A DNA stretch of 18,729 nt from Planctomycetota bacterium (GTDB taxonomy: Bacteria; Planctomycetota; UBA1135; UBA2386): the NCBI GenBank assembly GCA_020851075.1, contig JADZDL010000266.1, forward strand, positions 1 to 18,729. Reading direction: 5' to 3'. Both the position numbers and the translations under genes were made by a program. Every line of letters starts with the position of its first letter. The stretch's first letter is position 1. The notes below the pieces were generated by a model. That model worked only from the letters and a program-made list of their open reading frames with translations. It did no database searches and was not told where the DNA came from. Below are positions 16,154 to 18,729 of the stretch, one piece after another.

Positions 16154-16240
16154 GGTCCTACGGGACCACGCGAGCCCACGCTTGTCCAGGGCACACCCGC
16201 GAACGCGAGTTCCCAAGAGCAGGCACCTATCGCAGGCGGC

Positions 16241-17119
16241 TCAGTTGCCGAACACGAGGTCGTAGGCGTTCAACGGCACGAAAGTTGGCGTTCCGCCAAT
16301 CGAATCGACGCGGAACCCCTGGAACGTGAGCACCGTGCCAATCCAGCCCGTCCCGGACGGAATGCTCATCGAGTAGGTGCCGAAGCCCGCGAACGCGATC
16401 GGGGACGGCGACGTCTGGATCAACAGTTCGCCCCCAAACAGCGGCGTCGGCGTAGCGAGGCCACCCGGCGCGTAGGCGAGGAACGTGAGGATCGTATTGA
16501 TGTTGCCCGCGATCACCCCCTGCCACGTGGTGCCCAATACGGGCAACGTCGCGCAGGAGAAGTCCTGCGGGTTCAGCCCGGATCCGATGTGCAGGTCGCA
16601 GCGCGCCGCCGCGGGGTCGACGATCGCCAGCGTGTCAAAGTTGAAGTCGGAAACGAAATCGATCTCCAGCGTGTCCAGGATCGTGTTCGTGAAGCCGAAG
16701 TAGTTGTTCGGCTGCGATTGGTTCCAGGTGCCCGAGAACGAGTCCATCGTGACGCCGTTGAAGATCGCGCGCATCGACGACGGCGCCGACGTGCTGATCT
16801 GGTGGTAGACGAACGAACAAGCCGTGATCGGACTCGCGAACTGGATGCGCAGCGTATTGGGCACCCCGCTGAAGTCGTTCGTGAGGAAGCCCCCGACGAG
16901 GTTGTTCGACACGCCCGTCGTGAAGTAACTCGCGTGGGTCACCGTGATGCCCGGGAACTGCGTTGAGACCGCCGTGAAGTTCGGCAACACGTTGGCGCCG
17001 AAGTCGATGACACTCGTCGAGTTCGTCAAACCCGAGTTGGCGGCGATGATGGCCTGACCACACAGGGTGCTGGGGAGAAACGACGCCACGAGGGCGACCA
17101 ACAGGGAGGAGATGCGCAT
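16241..17119 (-). CDS. Secreted Ser/Thr/Asn/Phe/Gly-rich protein of unknown function (293 aa)
   Basis: The ATG at 17117-17119 gives 'MRISSLLVALVASFLPSTLCGQA' (signal peptide). The body is rich in T, S, N, F and G ('FTTGVSNNLVGGFLTNDFSGVPNTLRIQFASP...'), suggesting a β-rich extracellular protein. Local GC drops to roughly 52-60% against ~68% in the flanks. The ORF-track 624-aa version is an artefactual in-frame extension running antisense through uvrC. Confidence 0.6.
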   Translation of the reverse strand: MRISSLLVALVASFLPSTLCGQAIIAANSGLTNSTSVIDFGANVLPNFTAVSTQFPGITVTHASYFTTGVSNNLVGGFLTNDFSGVPNTLRIQFASPITACSFVYHQISTSAPSSMRAIFNGVTMDSFSGTWNQSQPNNYFGFTNTILDTLEIDFVSDFNFDTLAIVDPAAARCDLHIGSGLNPQDFSCATLPVLGTTWQGVIAGNINTILTFLAYAPGGLATPTPLFGGELLIQTSPSPIAFAGFGTYSMSIPSGTGWIGTVLTFQGFRVDSIGGTPTFVPLNAYDLVFGN

Positions 17120-17270
17120 GGGGTGCCTAACCAGATTGGGGACAGGAACGCATGACTGTAGCAGAGAGCGTGGCACCCTGGGGCCGGTACGTCTTTCTGG
17201 CATCTCCCGCAATCGCGCCCGCCAGTGGTGTTCGCCAGCGGGGCAACGACGGCACAGCGAGAGCCCGCGA

Positions 17271-18728
17271 CTACTCCTGCTCGCCGTGCAGCGCCGTCCA
17301 CACCGCGTGCGCGACACTCTCCGGCAATCCCGGCATCGCCAGCAGATCCTCGCGCGAGGCGTCCTTGAGCCCCGACAACGATCCGAAGTGCCGCAGCAGC
17401 GCTTTGCGCCGCGTGGGGCCCACGCCCGGAATCTCGTCGAGTTCGCTGCCGATGCGGCCACGCGTCTTGCGGTGGTAGGTGATCGCAAACCGGTGCGCCT
17501 CGTCGCGCAACGCCGCGATGAGCAGTGTTTCGGGCGCCTGCAGCCGCAGCGGCACCGGCGTTTCCTGGTCCGGCAGGAAGATGCGTTCGCCGCTCTCGGC
17601 CCGATGGTCCCCGACCCCTTTGAGTCGACTCTTGGCGAGCCCACACAACCGCAGATCGTCCTGCAAACCCAGCTCCGCGACGGCGCGAACGGCCGCCGCA
17701 AGCTGACCGCGGCCACCATCGACCACGAGCAGGTCCGGCAGGTCTTCGTCGTCGCGTTCGAGGCACAACGACAGACTGCGGCGCACGGCTTCCTGCATCG
17801 CCGAGAAGTCGTCGCCAGCGTGCTCCTTCGAGATCTTGAACTTGCGATACTGCGCGCGTTCAGGCTCACCCGCCACGAAGCAGACGCGCGAGGCGACCGT
17901 GCTGGTGCCCTGGATCGTCGAGATATCGAGGCAATGCAGCCGCTGCGGCGGGTCGGGCAGATCGAGCAGCGCAGCGAGTCGTTCGGCGCCGGCACGACGC
18001 CGCGCCTCCGCATCGGCCGCCATCGCGTCGGCGAGCTGCGCATTCTGCACGGCGAGTTCGAGATGGCGGCGCCGATCGCCGCGCTGCGGCACGTGCAGTT
18101 CGACCTTGCCACCACGTTTGTGTTCGAGCCACTGCGTGATGATCAGGGCCTCGGCGGGCTGGAACGGCAGCAAGACCATCGGCGGCACATACCGATCCCC
18201 TTCGTAGAAGCGCCCGAGCAGTTCGCCGAGCAGCAGTTCGTCGGGCAGGCCACTGCGGAACGCGTGGCGCCGGCAGTTTTCGAGTGCGCCGCCGCGGAAC
18301 GAGAGGAACGCGACCGCCACCTCCTCGCCGCTGCGATGCATGCCGAGCGCATCTTCATCGCCCACGTTGGCGATGACGGCCTGTGGTTCGGCCGTGAACT
18401 GCAACGCCTGGATCTGCTCCTTCAGCGCCTGCGCACGCTCAAACTCGAGATTCTCGGCGGCCGCCTGCATGCGGCCGCGCAGATCGTGCAGCACTGGCCC
18501 GACCTCCCCGCGCAGGATCCGCACCGAGTGGTCGAGCAACCCTTCGTAGGCTTCGCGCGTGACGAGGTCGACACACGGCGCCGGACAACGACCGATCTGG
18601 TGCTTGATGCAGGGGCGCGTGCGGTTGGCAAAGACGTGATCGCCGCAATCGCGCAACGGCACGATCTTGTGCAGCAAGCGCAGCGTGCGGCGCACGGCCT
18701 TCGCCGAGGCGAACGGGCCAAAGTACAA
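17271..18728 (-). CDS. uvrC: Excinuclease ABC subunit C (UvrC), C-terminal ~485 aa; N-terminal GIY-YIG part lies beyond the window end
   Basis: The UVR/UvrB-interaction region is present ('EFERAQALKEQIQALQ'). So are the UvrC central region, the RNase H-like endonuclease domain, and a C-terminal (HhH)2 ('IPGVGPTRRKALLRHFGSLSGLKDASREDLLAMPGLPESVAHAVW'). The ORF is open to the window edge. Confidence 0.85.
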   Translation of the reverse strand: MYFGPFASAKAVRRTLRLLHKIVPLRDCGDHVFANRTRPCIKHQIGRCPAPCVDLVTREAYEGLLDHSVRILRGEVGPVLHDLRGRMQAAAENLEFERAQALKEQIQALQFTAEPQAVIANVGDEDALGMHRSGEEVAVAFLSFRGGALENCRRHAFRSGLPDELLLGELLGRFYEGDRYVPPMVLLPFQPAEALIITQWLEHKRGGKVELHVPQRGDRRRHLELAVQNAQLADAMAADAEARRRAGAERLAALLDLPDPPQRLHCLDISTIQGTSTVASRVCFVAGEPERAQYRKFKISKEHAGDDFSAMQEAVRRSLSLCLERDDEDLPDLLVVDGGRGQLAAAVRAVAELGLQDDLRLCGLAKSRLKGVGDHRAESGERIFLPDQETPVPLRLQAPETLLIAALRDEAHRFAITYHRKTRGRIGSELDEIPGVGPTRRKALLRHFGSLSGLKDASREDLLAMPGLPESVAHAVWTALHGEQE

Positions 18729-18729
18729 C

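Noticed and set aside
16241-18115. 624-aa minus-strand ORF suggesting one giant protein spanning the secreted-protein gene and running antisense into uvrC
   Set aside because: Upstream of the ATG at 17117-17119 the 'protein' is a Cys/Arg/Ser-rich nonsense sequence. It lies antisense to the well-conserved uvrC reading frame. The real gene starts at the signal peptide.
1-18729. Search for tRNA/rRNA, CRISPR repeats, IS/transposase or integrase signatures
   Set aside because: No cloverleaf-compatible conserved tRNA boxes were seen. There are no regularly spaced direct repeats. No transposase- or integrase-like ORFs or terminal inverted repeats were found.

Overview
This is an 18.7 kb window of high-GC (~68-70%) bacterial chromosome with densely packed, frequently overlapping genes and weak or absent Shine-Dalgarno sequences. 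The combination of Hanks-type kinases, GspE-N-like N-terminal domains and secreted proteins rich in Ser/Thr/Asn loosely suggests a Planctomycetota- or Myxococcota-like organism, but this is unverified. I found no rRNA, tRNA, CRISPR array or transposase. Reading left to right: (i) the 3' part of a CUT2-type sugar ABC importer ATPase (duplicated ABC cassette) plus its permease on the + strand; (ii) a five-gene minus-strand operon, translationally coupled throughout, encoding a Ser/Thr kinase, a YkgJ-family CxxCxxCC protein, a 184-aa unknown protein, a MoxR-type AAA+ ATPase and a vWA protein carrying two tandem DUF2201-like metallopeptidase modules (7481 to 2512); (iii) divergently transcribed from it, an unusual stand-alone ClpA/ClpC-D2-type AAA+ unfoldase with an unrecognised N-terminal domain; (iv) a membrane cluster of a CNNM/CorC-type DUF21-CBS transporter, NfeD, flotillin (SPFH) and a CBS-pair protein; (v) a 689-aa secreted protein of unknown function, a small lipoprotein, a compositionally atypical Ser/Thr/Asn-rich secreted protein, and the 3' portion of uvrC. 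The strongest candidate for an undescribed system is the kinase-YkgJ-unknown-MoxR-vWA/metallopeptidase operon together with the divergent Clp-D2-like ATPase. The many 150-600 aa ORFs antisense to real genes are high-GC artefacts.
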